64,000 bases of DNA from Camelus ferus (taxonomy: Eukaryota), in NCBI RefSeq assembly GCF_009834535.1, contig NC_045697.1:95172001-95236000 (forward strand), in the 5' to 3' direction. Below the pieces are notes generated by a model. The model saw nothing but the letters and a program-made list of their open reading frames with translations, had not been told where the DNA came from and did no database searches. Below, in pieces: positions 25,310 to 40,126 of this stretch. A program made the position numbers and the translations under genes. Each line of letters begins with the position of its first letter. Position 1 is the stretch's first letter.

Positions 25310-27699
25310 CTGTTTTTCTCCCCTGAATCTTGGGGATTTGGGGGGGGGGGTTGTTTGTGTGTTTCTGTGCGTTGGGATCATTTCCATCAGGATACAAATA
25401 TGCCATATAAGATATATAAAAATCCAATTAAAAAGCAGCAACATCAAGAAAGCAAATATCTTTGGATCCACCCCCCTTCAGCTACTCTCTCATTTCTGCT
25501 ATGCTTCTTATGTAAAATATACTGAACTCTCCAGTCAGGGTAAATCATATTACTAGTAATCTTCAGGGCGGTTTCCTCAGTTCTGAATCAGTCTCTATAC
25601 TACATTGACTGTACTGAAGCAAAGTCATCTTCAGACAGTAACTCCTATGTGCTTCAGAGAGCCCAGAGCTCCTCTGATCCACCCTGGGCATATTTACTGG
25701 AATCAGCAATAGCACACAGGCTCTTGAAGTGTTTGCAGCTGAAAGTATATTTAGAGGATTATATACAATAGTAATTGATTCTTTTTTACTTCATAAAGTT
25801 CTGTTTTCCAGTTTATTCAGTTCTTTGATGCAAGCTTATTCCATTTGGATTTGAGAGGATTTTTCTTAAAAGAAGCCATGTATGTAATTTTACTTTAAAT
25901 TAGTTTTTAATTTGTTGCTGTTTCTTAGTGCTTTTTAAGACCAGTGAAGAGATTTTTCAGTGCTTCTTTCCATCATTTTTTTTATGAATTCAGAAAGTTA
26001 ACAGAGTTGATGATTAGTACAGTTCCAGATTAATTTTGAACAAATTTCCAAACTAGAAAAAGAATCACAATACAAAAATGTAATACCATATTATAGTATG
26101 GAAAGCTAATTTCCTGTTGCTGTTACAGATTCACTTACTATAAATGTCAGGACAATCTTATTTCATAATTTTAACACAATACTGGAGAGCTGTTGTAATA
26201 GAGCAAGTATTTATGATAATTAGGTTTTGCTGAATAATGTGGTACTTCAAAGGTGATAGTTGTGGATATTGATTTTCCAAATGGACTGAGTCATTGATTG
26301 AATGCAATTTGAAGAGGAACCAAATTAGTCTCTTGAATTTACCTGGGGCTGCTACCGGTGGAATACATTATCTGAGGAATCCCATAGCTATGTTTAACAG
26401 GTCAAGGACTCCCCCTATCTGTTGGTACACTTGTGGAATCATTTATTAGTTAATAATGTTTACCTGTAAAGCCATAGGTGACTCCAAGGAGTTGCTCAAT
26501 GATTGATTTTTTTTTCACTAAGATAAACAAATTCCAGAACTGAATTAAGAATGCTAAGCTTTTCGATTCATACAACAAAATGAGGAAGTAGGATGTTGAT
26601 TACATTGTGCAAATATAAGCTATTATTGGGAGATAAGATAGAAATATTTCTTCAGAGACAGCTGACATAAGAGTGAAACAAATAAATATTCCTCAGTGGA
26701 AAACACCTTCATGTGAAAAGCAATAAATTATTCGTTAATTCCTATTAAGCTAGAAAGCCCTCATCCATTGTGACTATTGCAAATGCAGTCAAATTAGTGA
26801 GCTGTTAAACTTCTAAGATTCTAAGCATATTTTTTTCATATGTTAGTCTTCTGGAATTGGAATATCATTCAGTGTGGATATTTAATATAGAACATTTCAA
26901 TTACATGTCAATAATGATATACTGTACAATCAATAGGAAAAAACTAAATTCTATGAAAATATTTATTTTAAAATATTTTATTATGATCTATTTATAGCAT
27001 AAAGAAAATATGAGGGACTAAGAAATGCCCAATATTAATATTTTGTTTTATTTGCATCTAACAAAAACTAAAGATAAATTGAAATGTTTCTCTATGTATG
27101 TCTGTCTGACATATTTCAAGTTTCTTTTCTCCATCTATTAGGGATATTAGATGGAGAAAAGAAATTTGAAAAGTCTGAAGTTTGACAGGTACCATTCATA
27201 TGCATGTTTTTATACTGCTATGTGTAGAAGTTCATACTATAAATATATGAATTTTCGTTATTATATTCAGTTTATTCTGACATGCTTTTATATGTTTAAT
27301 ATCTGTGAAATTACAGTCAAATGTATCCTAAAATAACAAATTGCAATAATTTGTTTTCTTTTATTATGGCAAATAATATAAGTATGTTATTTTATTTTTA
27401 TGTTGAATGTAATTTATTTTATTTCTACCAGTTTTTAATTGATATTTATGAGACATTTTATTCATTCATTTTAATTGCTATCTTCTCTCTGGTAAAGATT
27501 TTATTTTACCTATAATTCATATGGTGGATGTAAATTATTACATGTCCACAAATAGTTCATATTTATTTATACTTCTTAGCACAATAGGCATACAGCTACA
27601 TATATAAACATATATATATTTATATACATATATATGGACACAGTTTTTCCACTTTTGAATAATTTTTAACTATTGAGTAATCAAATATTTCTTTGCCAA

Positions 27700-29820
27700 T
27701 TCCTTCATTTTAGTATTTTGCAACTGCTATATGTTCAATCAAGTCATTTTATTATCTCTTTCATTTACTTATTATTTCTCAGTGCAGTGGTTTGGAATCT
27801 ATCTTCCATTGCAAATTTTTTTTCCCCACTATACACTAAAGGATTTATGCTTTCACCTGCATCTTATTTTTATTTCCAACATTTATAATTGGACTTTTTT
27901 CCCTGTAATTTGCTTATGCCAGATCATTTATTTTCTCCTTTATAGTTTCTGTTTTATAATTACCTACTCATTTTTGTAATCCCATCTTTCCTTAATGTTA
28001 TCTTAATTATACATTTTTATTATTATTTTGGTGGTTACCAGGCATGTTATAATTTTTAACACACTATTTAGGATAAATATTTACTTTGCTGAATTCCTGA
28101 AAATGCTAGAACTTTAGATGGCCTATTTTATTATTGTTATCATGCATTTTGCTTCTACATGTATTACATTATAGTCAACATAATGTATAATGCAATGTAT
28201 ACCCAACATAAGAGCACGTGTACTTACCCTTTTCATTGCTTTCTGTTCCTTCTTGTATTTCTATGTTGCTTTGTGGTATCAACTTCCTAATGCCTGAATA
28301 ATGCCCCCTAGATTTCAAATAAAAAATTTATTACACAGGTACAGTAATAAAATCTCTGTACATTTATTTTATTTAAAGTTATATATTTTTTAAAAAATAC
28401 CTGGAATAGACCTCTACATTGGCAGTTATGGCTTTCTAAGATATCGGCATTTGATTGTCTTCTGACTTACATTTTTTTATGACATTCACTGTCAGTTTTA
28501 CAGGTGCTTTCTGAAGGAAACATGTCTTTTCCTCTGGCTGCTATTAATATTTTCTCTTCATATTTGGTTTGCATCAATTTAACTAGAATAAATTTAGTTG
28601 TGCTTTCCTATGTGTCTTTTCCTGTTTGTAATTCACAGAATTTCTTCCCTTGTTGATTGATAACTTACAACGGCTCTGGAAAATTCTCAATTAATAACAC
28701 ACACTGTATTGCTTCTTCTTTGTTATCTGTATCCTCTCTCCCTGGAACTTCATTTCCATGTGTGTAAGAACTTTTCTTTGTGTGCTATGAGGAGGGACGG
28801 CTCCCTCATGGCTTTCTGGAAACTGCAAGTTCCACACTAGATACCGAAGGAAAGCTCAGTCACAGTCTGATCCAGGTCTTGGCAGAACATGATATGATCC
28901 TCAACTGGAATACAGAAGGATAGATAGTCTTGTGAGGAGCTGTCACAAAGCCATTTCTCAACTAGCTTATTCGTTTTCAGGATGTTCCCTATCTTGCAAG
29001 AGGCTGCCACATGGCAGCTAACCATCTACCTTCATGGATGGAGGCACTGGATTTTTACATTTTAAACCCATTTGGGTACAGCTACAGCTTAGAATTTGTT
29101 CTCTATTACACAGCAACCCACTCTTTGTGCCATCTGTCCTCTGGCTCCCTCACTTTAGAGCCATTTAACAGACATGAGGAGCTGATAACATGCTGATCTT
29201 GTATATGCTATCTGTTTAAGTAATAAACTGTATAAATGCATATGGGATCATTGTTTCTGTAGTGGCTGAATCTATGGAATTGTGACAAACCAGCTTAGCA
29301 GCCAAGTAGTCACTGTTGCTTAGAGATTGCTTTACTGATTGGCATCTCCTAGGTCTCATGCCCCATTCTACATTTTTTTTTAATTGTTTTTTCTACTCTG
29401 CTTTTAGTTTGTCTTCCTTTTCAACTTTTCTTTCTTATAGTGTATGGAATCTACTGTTAAACTCATGTACCAAATTCTTAATTTTAGTTAATGTATTTAT
29501 TTTCATTTCTAGAATGAACTTGATTCTTTTTCTAGTCTAGTGCTCAGTTGATACTATCCATCCTGTCATCTATTTTGCCCATCTTTTCCTGATTTTCTTG
29601 AACATACTAATTGTAGTTATTTTAAATTACTTTTAAGTCCAATATCTGGATCATCCATTGTCTGCTTCTACTGTCAGTTTTACTCTAAGCATTCAGATAT
29701 ATTTTATTTTTTTTTTGCATTGCTTAGTAATATTGATGCAATATCAGACATTTACATAAAAATGTGAGTTCTCCTATCATATTTAATACTATAGACAGGA
29801 ATACTCGATTCTCTGATACG
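27700..29820 (-). mobile_element. Old L1ME ORF1/5' region, antisense, interrupted by an LTR
   Basis: 'ttttcctctggctgctattaatattttctcttc', 'ggaaaattctca' and 'ttcttaattttagttaatgtatttattttcatttctaga' are typical antisense L1ME ORF1 text. Confidence 0.65.
28788..29344 (+). mobile_element. Solo LTR (ERV/ERVL type, family unassigned)
   Basis: TG...CA ends, a GC-richer block of about 560 bp, AATAAA at 29222. It interrupts the continuous antisense L1. Confidence 0.6.
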
Positions 29821-31559
29821 TGTGTATGTGCGTGTATAAAACTTACATAGGTATGTGACCTGAAATTTTATTTTTTCTTATTATTTCTTTATGTTTGATA
29901 GTTAGATTGTTTACTCTATCCCATTAGGTCCCCCTTTCCCCAGTCCAGACACAGATATTATAATAATGTTTTATGATTCTTACTCCTCAGCAATCCTAGA
30001 TAACTTATCACTTCAGCTGTGTAGCCAGTTATAGGGAAAACTTAGTTCCTATCTACCACACTATGTAATGCATCTTTTTCTTCCCACTTTACAAAGCCAT
30101 AACTCCCAGACATTCAGTTGTGGAGCAGATGCTTTATTTTACTTTCTTTGTGAGATGGAAGAATTAACTTCACATCAGTTATTATTTTTCAGAGGTGAGC
30201 CATATGCCACAATCCAACCATGACTCTGCTACTGCCAGAATGAAGTAGAGTTCAGTTTCATTCACAGTTTGAATTTTTGTTTTTTAATGGGCATTGATAT
30301 GTATATCCCCAGTTGGGCAATCTCTTTAACATTTGGATCCAACATGATATCTTTTTTTCAAAAATACAAGGTATTTTAAAGTGAAATCTAATATACCACC
30401 TTAACCTGATGTCCCTTATTTCTCATTTAATTTGAAACCTACATATTAAGCATGCAAATATGATGATATTTCAATGTCTTAGAACTCAATACTTAAAACT
30501 CCTTTTGAATACTTTAGAGTCAATATAAATAAGCAAAATTACACAATTCAATTAGTAATTAAAAATAAGACATTACTCTCATATAAATTTTGAATTGGCT
30601 GAAAAATTACAATATGAAAATAGAGACTCATAGCAGATATCCAGCCAGCACTCATGGGGTTATAAGTATGTTTTAAGTTAAGCATAAAGGGCTGTTTTGT
30701 TTAGTTTTGTTTTCTGAATGAAGGGATATGTTATCTTTTTTGTTTAGTTCCATTGTAGTGTACTGGAGGATAAAAAGTTTGGATATTACCTATGTACACA
30801 TTCAAACACATAAACAGGTATTTTTATGAGTCCAGGTGTTTAATTCATCTTCTACTAATGATATGTGTTGTGACTTATCAAACATAATTAAAACCAACTG
30901 CCTATCCTATTAGAATTTAATTCCTAAATTTCTTTTGGCTTTGATATATTTTATATACTTTACTTTTACATCAATTTCCTTCTTAATGTTTTAGGATGAT
31001 TACTGTCATTTTATTTTAGTTAATTTAAATGTCCTTACATTTATTTTTGGTGTAAAACTTGGAGTTTAAAAAATAAGTGAAATAGGGCATAATCAAAGAA
31101 ATATATAAAAGATAAAACTATCATTCATAGCCAAAATATGTTTCCTTTATTCTTCAGAAAAAACTGTTCTTTTTCCAATAGCATTTGAGGAAACCATATA
31201 ACATATTTACTAAAGTTGATTTTTTTAAATATGATTATATTGTTTTAGAGGAATTGGGACAGTTTGATATTATCCTCTTTTTGCCGATATTTGTGTCCTC
31301 CCTCTAACTAATATACACTTCTCTAAAGAAGTGAAAATTGTCATATGTTCTTTTGAAACATCTGGGAATAACAGATTAAATTGTGTGTGTGTTTTAATCA
31401 TTTGCAGAGAGCTCATAATTTGTGTTCACAGCACTCAGGAGAATGGTAAAGAAATTACAACCTAAAAATACATAAAGAAAAGTGTGATATAAAGAATTCT
31501 TCCTTTAAGGTATCACAGGCTAATGGATTAAAAAAAAAAAGAATGAAAGAATAACATGT

Positions 31560-32200
31560 ATCTACTGATGATAATGGTATTCTAGATAATTCATACCAAC
31601 CTTCTCAACAAGGACAACTGTAAAAGATGAACAAAATGCTTTTTAAAAGTAAATCTACATGAACAAATTCAAGCGATAACAAAGCAGTGAAGGATTATGT
31701 GGCAATTAGGACCATTCTTCCCCTTGGAGTGTCTGGTGATTTTGAAAAGGTTGCTGAAAGGCTGACAAACTAAGGAGTGAAAATTGAAACTTGTGTGGAA
31801 GCTAGTGAACAAAATAGAGTCTAGATTAGAACAAGAGCAGGCTACACTTTTGGGGTTAGGGTAAATCAGAAGCAATGCAGCTTTCATAAGAAAGGAAGAG
31901 GCACATCTTAAAATCATCTCCATTATCAAAACTAGATTAAGTGGTCTTAGATTGATTCTACCTCCAACAACTTGTGAGAGGCAAAATTTCACTCTGTCTG
32001 AGGAAAGTTACTATCATTCTTGCTCATATTTTTTATACACAACATATAGAATCTATAAAAACAGCCAGGTATCAGCGAGGATAAAAACAGTAGACTAAAG
32101 GCCTGGAAATCAACACATTTTAAAACAGATTCAAAAAAGGGTTCAGATAGAGGAGTTTTCAGATAACTTTAAAATTATTATATTATTGGATAGTATGAAA
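31560..32200 (+). mobile_element. Old L1M 5'-region remnant
   Basis: 'accaaccttctcaacaaggacaactgtaaaagatgaacaaaat' and 'ttcagatagaggagttttcagataactttaaaatt' resemble L1ME 5' and ORF1-proximal sequence. Confidence 0.45.
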
Positions 32201-32224
32201 AAAAGAACTATATGGAAATCCTAT

Positions 32225-33895
32225 TAGTAAAAAGTGCAGAATCCAGCAATGAACATGTGGAATTTGAAATGAAAAGCATAATACTGTTGTTCACGTTAGT
32301 ACCCCCCAAAACACCAATGTATAAATCTATTAAAATATTTTATAAGATCTGTATGATAAAAATTACAAATACAGATAAAATAAATCAAAGGACTGAATGC
32401 ATGAGGAGCTATTCCACGTTCAGGAATAGGAAGAGCCAATATTGTCAAGATGGCAGTTGTTCCTAACTTGATGTACAGATTCAGTGCAATCTCCATTAAC
32501 ATCCCAAGAAATTTATCATTGGGTATTGACAAACTGATTCTAAAGTTTATATAGAGAGACAGAAGAAACAGAATAGCCACCACAATATTGAAGCAAAACA
32601 ACAAAGTCAGAGAACTGACACTACCTGACTTTGAGATTATAAAGCCGTACTAATCAAGACAATGTGATATTGGTAAAACACTAGTCAAAGAGATAAATGG
32701 AACAGAATAGAGTCCAGACATAGATCCTAACAAAGCAAAGGCAATATAATGGAGAAAAGATAGTCTTTTCAACAAATGCTCCTGGGACAACTGGACATCT
32801 ATGTGCAAAAAATAAAAATTAAAAAAAAAGAAAGAATCTAGACACAGACCTAATATCCTTCATAAAAACTTCCAAAAATGCAACATACCAAAATGTAAAA
32901 TGCAAAACGGTAAAATTTCATAAGATAACATAGGAAAAAATCTACTTGACCTTGTGTATGGTAATTACATTTTAGATATAGCACCAGAGGCACATTCCAT
33001 AGAAAAAAGAATTGATGAGTTGAATTTCATTAAAATTAAAAACTTAGGCTATGCAACAGGCAATGTAGAGAGAATAAGAAGACATACCATTAGCAGAAAA
33101 TATTTGCCAAACACATATCTGATAAACAACTGTTATCTAAAACATATAAAGAATTCTTAAAAGTCAACAATTAGAAAATGGACTACCCAATTAAAAAATG
33201 GGCAAAATATCAGAACAGACAACTCACAAAAGAAGATATATAGATGGCAAATGAGCATATCAAGAAGTGTTCACTGTCATGTGTTATTAGAGAATTAAAA
33301 AGTAAAACAATAGTGAGGTACCATTACATAACATTTAGAACACCCGATATTCAAAACACTGACACATCAAAAGCTGGTGAGGATGTGAAGCAACAGTAAC
33401 TCTCATTCTTTCCTGGTAGCAATGAGAAATGTTATAGCCACTTTGAAAAACAATTTGGAAGTTTTTTAGAAAATTAAACATATTCTTACTATGTGATCCA
33501 CCAAGTGCATCCTTCATATTTACCCAAAGAGTTGAAAACCTACATCCACCCAAAAATCAGCACATGGATGTTTATAGCAGCTTTATTCATAATTGACAAA
33601 ACTTGGAGACAACCAAGATGTCACATCTTCAGTAGGCAAATGGATAAATAAACTGTGGTACCTCCAAACAATGAGATATTACTCAGCACTAAAAAAAAAA
33701 ATCAGCTATCAAACATGAAAAACATAGAGGAAGTATAAATGTATATTACTAAGTGAGAAAATTCTATCTAAAAAAGGCTACCTATTGTATGATTTCAATT
33801 ATATGAATTCTTAAAAGGATAAAACTGTGGAGAATGAAAAGATCCATGGTTGCCAGGGATTAGGGGAAAAAGATGGATGAGTAAGTAGATTATAA
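32225..33895 (+). mobile_element. L1 (L1MB/MC-like): ORF2 3' half plus 3'UTR
   Basis: 'aatattgtcaagatggcagtt' (NIVKMAV), 'tggaacagaatagag' (WNRIE), 'gatagtcttttcaacaaatg' and 'tggataaataaactgtggtac'. Ends near 'tggttgccagggattagggg'. Confidence 0.9.
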
Positions 33896-34849
33896 ATTTT
33901 TGAAAGGAAAATTATGGTATATATGAAAATAGCTTATATTATATGCTATGTAATAATGTCTGAGACTATTTTCATGATTTAGTGTCAGAAACAATATATT
34001 GAACAAGAAACCAAAGTCCTAGCCTAAGGAAATAGTAATAAACTGGATTACAGTCTTTAAGTCATCCCATACACCACCAGGCTTTCAAAAGTTCATACTA
34101 TCTGATGACTTTCAAATACCAATCACTATCCAAGAATTACACAACTAAAAGCTTACACGTCATCTACAAAGGCATGTCACATCTTTCCAACTGCTAACTT
34201 ATACAAAATATAAATAATAATCTTCATAACAATGTTCTCAATATTTCTGCTTGGGCAACTGGTAGTAGAAGAAGACTTGCTGGAAAAGAGACATGATGGC
34301 CTGGCTCCTACTGAAGCATTTGGCTGACATAAGTAGAAAGAATAACTCATTATCAAAAGCCATAACAACCTGGAAAAAAGTGAACATTTATTGTTGATTT
34401 TGTTTATGATGTTGTTTTCCATTAATTGGACAATGATTTGGGTAAAAATGAAAGTTCCTTTGGAGGCTGTGGGCAGGTACTGGGTTCTCATGATGAGAAT
34501 CCCAAGGAAAATTAAACAGAGAATTATATAGGAGTCTCATAGTAGAAAGCATTCAATAGCAGAATAAGAAGCCTGGATTTTATAATCATAGAGAAGCCAC
34601 TAGAGATTTGTCAATGATGAAATCACATGAACCCAGGGACTATTTTGGGGAAAGTGTAGGTGAATAACCAGTCTGAGCCTCTATTTTTTTTTTATAATAT
34701 AAAACAAGGAGTAATAATACCTGCCTCATTGAGTGGTGGTCTTAGGAGTTAAATGTTGACTTTAATATTTAATGCCCATTGATTCGCACAAGAAAAAATA
34801 TACTAACTCCAATTGTTTGAACCCAAACAATAAGAAATAAACATGATGC

Positions 34850-35260
34850 TATTAACAGATAAAGGGAAAGAACAAAAAGTGAGAGAAAAAGGAAATATCT
34901 CAAGACAAAGAAGAAAGAGAAAGATATGGAAAAGGAATAATAAAGAGAAATAAGTGAGCAAGGGTAGAAATGGGGAAAAGGGTGACAAGGAAACAGAGGG
35001 AAAGAGGAAAGAGATGATGGAGGAAAAATGATTAGCTTAAATTTAATAGGATTCTAAGATGATGGCAGGATTGTAAACTAAATGTTGTGTAGATGTTTAT
35101 GGGACTAGAGATCAGAAAACAATTCAGCTCTGGAGCTGTAGATGTGAGAGTTACACTCATAAAGGCAAAAGGCCATAAAGATAATGGGGAGAGACTATAA
35201 AGTTAAAAGAAAAAGAGGAAGAACAGAGAGAAGTGAAGGAGGGAGGAGGGGAAAAGCAGC
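34850..35260. repeat. GA-rich low-complexity stretch, possibly an antisense L2 remnant
   Basis: Strong purine bias. Confidence 0.5.
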
Positions 35261-35460
35261 TAAGGACTGAAGGTAATCTAGACTTTCTAGTTTTAAGAAA
35301 GTGAAAAAGAAAAAAAAAACATTGTAAGTTGAAGATGTAATTGATTTTTTTCACTTTTAAATACTGTGAATGTCAAAGAAAATGAGGGATTTATGAGATG
35401 CATGGGATCTAAGGAAGTATAATTTAATTAACACTGTGGATTTGATGCAAGGGAAACAGA

Positions 35461-36076
35461 TGTGGAGCATGAGGAGGGCCGTGTCCCAGGCTTTGGTTGA
35501 GCTCCTGGGACATGCCCCACCAAGTGTGGGTCCTTGGCTTCATGCAGGAAAGAATTCAAAAGCGAGCCACAGTTGAGTAAAGGTAGATTTATTCAGACAG
35601 ATACATTGAAAGGCAAGAGAAAGGCCATGAGGTATGGGGGTTGGGTGCTCAGATTAAAAGTAGGTACACACTCCATAGACAGAGAGTGGGTAGTCTCCAA
35701 ACAAGGAGAGAGAGAGAGAGGTAGCCACAGTGAGGCACCAGGTTGCCAGTTTTTATGGTCTCAGTGGCTGTATATGCTAATAAGTGTAAGTAACAGTATA
35801 ACTAGTCTGGGGAAGGGGCTGGGATTCCCAGGAAGTTGGCCATTTTCCACTCTGACCTTTTGTGGCTAGACTTGGGACTGTCATGGGCCTGTGAGCATGT
35901 TATTCACCATGTTAATATATTACAGTGAGCATATAATGAAGCTCAAGATCTGCTAGAAGTCAAATCTCCCACCATCTTGAGCCTCAAGGCCTACTGGGGG
36001 TTGAATCTTTTACCATTTTGATGTTAATTGCTGTAGCATTCTTTGAATGGCTGTGCCCTGCCCCCTTCCTGTCTCA
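35461..36076 (-). mobile_element. Solo ERV1-type LTR, 616 bp, well preserved
   Basis: TG...CA termini (tgtggagc...ctgtctca), abrupt GC rise, minus-strand AATAAA near 35590. 'cagat' overlaps both junctions. Confidence 0.8.
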
Positions 36077-37084
36077 GATTCAGAAGTAAATTGCAAGGAA
36101 TTATGATCAAAATGGGAAAAATAATGTGTCACCATCTTCTAAGAAGTTAAACAATTAAAGAACAAGTTTGAATAAAAATTTAACTTGAGGTGTGCATAAA
36201 TTTAAAAAAGAAATAGGGTCAAGAATGAGAACAGGACATTTTGAGGGGTCAAAAGTAGTGGAAATGGTAGAAAATGAGACAATGAATCTCTGAAGGATAG
36301 CTGGTGTGTAGATGACTGCTAATATATATATATTCTGGAATGAGATAGGAAGGAATAAAGGGAAAACAGAGAAAAATCACAGTTGAAGATTCACAAAAGG
36401 TGCATCTAGATCCAAAATTGAAATATAAAGAGGAATCACAGTGGGTTTTTTTTGCTCTGAGAGGCTCACCCAAGATCAGAAGAGGTTAAGAGATTTTTCC
36501 CAGGATATCACATTATGTTAAAAAAAAATGACGTTATGAATTACCAAAGGAAAGCATTTTTGGCTTTTCTGTATCGAGTTTTAAGAAAACTTCTTTACTA
36601 ATTTTTCTGTCTGGTAGAAAGTACCAATAGTTTATTCATCTTGTAAAGAGGTGAGAAAACACAGGATTTTAAAAGAATCCTCAACATTGAGACAGTTTCC
36701 ATAATTTTAATAGTGTAAAAATAAGTTATACTTAGATCATTAACTACTTCAATCTAAAAGAGATCTAAATGTCAAGCAAAGTAAATTCTATTAAGGAGGT
36801 AACTAAATCTTTGTGAATCTGTCCAAACACGTTTTAGGAAGATAAAATCAACAAAGTGCACTTGCATATTTTCCCAGGAGAAAAACAGGATGTTTAGAAA
36901 TAAAGTATCTAAATTTCTCATGACTGTCCAGTATCACTGAAAATTCATCTAGCTAGCTCAACCATAAAGCAAAAATTTAAAAATCTACTTAAACTGTTCA
37001 TTCTCTTTTTTATCTTACGCCATTTCAGAGAAGAAAGATATAATGTTTTAAAAGATATTATATTCCTTCTGCTGCAAGCAATTC

Positions 37085-37178
37085 TTTTTTTTTTTTTAAT
37101 TGAAGTATAGTCAGTTACAATGTCAATTTCTGGTGCACAGCACAATGTCCCAGTCATGCATATACATACATATATTCT
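37085..37178 (-). mobile_element. Very short camelid-type L1 3' terminus with poly(T)
   Basis: T run, then 'aattgaagtatagtcagttacaatgtcaatttctggtgcacagcacaatgtcccagtcatgc'. Similar to the copies at 56.7 kb and 61.9 kb. Confidence 0.85.
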
Positions 37179-40126
37179 TGATGATTATACCACTTATTTG
37201 TACTATAAAAATGTTCATATTTTCCAAAAGAAAATCATAAGCTTGTACTCTCTGCAGTAGTCAATTCTAGAGTACATATATACTTGACAGCTATTTTATT
37301 GTATTTATAAATTAGAGAAGAGAAAGCATAGTTAAAAATGTGCATCATATAAATATTTCAATTTTTAAATTGGTCACTGAATAGCTTTGTATCCAAGATA
37401 GGAGAAGATGCTTAACAAGGAGGAAATAAATATTAATAAAGTAACTAACTCTTTGCCTACTGTTTCATATCTGAATTGCAGTCACTTCGCAAGTATAAAT
37501 TATTTGGCTTAACTATTGAAATTTAGGATTGGCTTAATTCTTTACATTTTTTTCAACTAAAAGCAGGTAAATAATAATAAAAAAAATCTTCAGTTGCCAC
37601 AAAGACATACAATTTTACAAGTAATGGCTTCATGGCTAAAATTTGGTATCATTTTATAGGGCAAAATATTTGGATATTTTTGCTATGACTTGAAAGAAGT
37701 GTAATATTTCATTAGCCTTTATAGCTATTCTCCAGAATTGGGATAACATATTTCAATATAATACGTGCATTATACTCAAACACTCAAGAAATTAAATACA
37801 CATGAACGAACACACTTAGACAGCCATTACTATATTGTTTTGCTCTAAAGCCTATGAAAATTACGTGGAGTTTTAGGGCTGTTTTTACTTAGTGCAGGTA
37901 ACTATGCAACACCTCCTTCTGCCATATTCATTTCGCACATGGGTTCCCTAATGCAAGGAAAAAAGACCAGAGCTTAAATTACCACATAGACATGAAGGAA
38001 GATGAGGAGACTACATACAAAGGAATCCTAATGGAGCCAAAGAGAAGTGTGAGAGACATCCCAACAGAGAGATTATGTTCCTTCCAGTGATGACCAATCA
38101 AAATATGATTTACTAAGCACACGCATATCATCCTGCCTCCAACATTGAGGTGAAATAAAGGTGTTTAGGGGTATAACAACATAACTTTGTATACCATGAC
38201 ATACTACTAAGTCTAAATCCCTGTAATCCAGAGTTAGCATTATTTTTCTATGCTAATTACTTCACTGTGGTAAATTACCTCAGTGAGGTTAAAAAGTATT
38301 TTGTAAAATACAATAATTTTTATTCCAATATTGATTGAATGGATTGTATGTATATTGAATGATTTCTGGCCAAGTTATTAAAAACCATATGATACATTTT
38401 GTATTGCTTAAAATATTTCTTTATTTTCTCATTCATGATACATACCATTGTTCATTTATTTATCAGAGTTAGCTGCTTACTCACATAATCAAGATTATAA
38501 TTTTGTATCATGTAATTCTAATTTGAATCCCTTATTTAAATTAGAATTAGGGTATTCTTCACTTTGTTTATCTATTCTCTACTTGACAAATACAACTGAC
38601 AACTAATGGAGCAAAAGATAAAGTATATGAGAAACATACACTATGTCAGAGGTTTCTTACTGCACAAAATATATTAAAACACCAATGCAGTTTAATTTTG
38701 AAGGAGCCTTCTTCCATCCTTACCAATGGATATTATTAAATTAAAAATATTCAAATTATCTTCAACTTAAAAAAATATATGAAGAATTTTCTCTATGCAA
38801 AAATAAACAAGGACAATCAAGGTAAATCTGAAGACACAATTTCTTCACTAAAAGTTGAGAGAGAAATATTATAAAGGATTTTACTCAGTCAATGCCTAAA
38901 AATCATATTTCCCAGGTCTATATTTCAAGGACATCTTCCTGAAAGTTGGTATTTATTATCTTTCTTTTTTTTTTCACTCTGTAGTATTTCTTTATTTAGT
39001 TAATTGATTTGAAAATCTTAATTTAACAAAATGATGAAGATTTTCTGACACAACTGTTTATAATGTGTTTTACTTTTCTGACTTGTGACCTCTGATCTTT
39101 GAGAATTGGTTAATCCTAATTAACTCAATGGGCAATATCTCTTGTGGATGAACTCAGAATGTAATTTATTTCATGTTCAGAAAAGGGGCATAAAGCCATT
39201 AATTTATGTGACATGTAGGCTAAACATTTTGCTATTTTCCAGCTCACTAAATCTCAAACCTGCATTTCTCAAACTAATATTTTATACCAAAAAAAGAAAA
39301 AAAAGCAGACGTTAGTCACAGATTCCTCACTATTGACCATTTTTTATTATCTAACATTATAAAAATGTCTCTAAAGATACCGAAATATTTTTTATTTTAG
39401 CATTTACTGATCTTTAGTTGGTCTTTGTTCCTGATTTAGAACTGGCTGTACATTGTACTGTGTGACTAAGTGTGTGCCCATTGATGAGCAAGATATTAGG
39501 GGAATCACAGAGAAACTGGCACTAGCATTTGTTCAATATTATTTTTTTGAACAAGTAACATACCAAGTAGCTTGGGTAAAGGAAGAGTACATCATGTTAT
39601 ATAGTGAATTCTGGGCATGAGTCTTCTTATAGGAAGGTGTGGAGATGTAGCTGAAGAATAGGTTAAGGACAAGTAGTAAGTAGTCTTTAATCACTAACTC
39701 ATTATTATCCAAAAGAACTGAAAGGTTGTATGTAAAGTGTTACGTTTTCAAACCTCTCTGAGTTACTAGGACCAGGGGAAAAAGTAGGATATTGTTGATA
39801 ATAATAGGATATTACATAATTTAGCGCTATTTATCTCATGAGGGTTTGTGCAACATCCACAAAGATCTTTCCAAATATGCAGTTAAATATAAGTTCATAT
39901 GGAGTTTAACAAACTAATTATAGTTGAAAAAACAGATGTGTGAGCTATTTCCAAGGTAGTACTTGCAACAATCTAAGCAGGAGATTTTTCTAGAGATAAC
40001 AATAAGAGCAAAAAAGAAGAAGAAATAGGGACAAATTGATTAAAGTATTAAAGAAAAAAACATAAGAAAACAGAACCAATGAAAGTTAGAAACGTATAGA
40101 TGTACAAGAGAAAATCTGTTAGTAGC

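Noticed and set aside
26805..26880. Possible Tigger-type DNA transposon end
   Set aside because: Similarity to the remembered consensus is too weak and I found no partner end.
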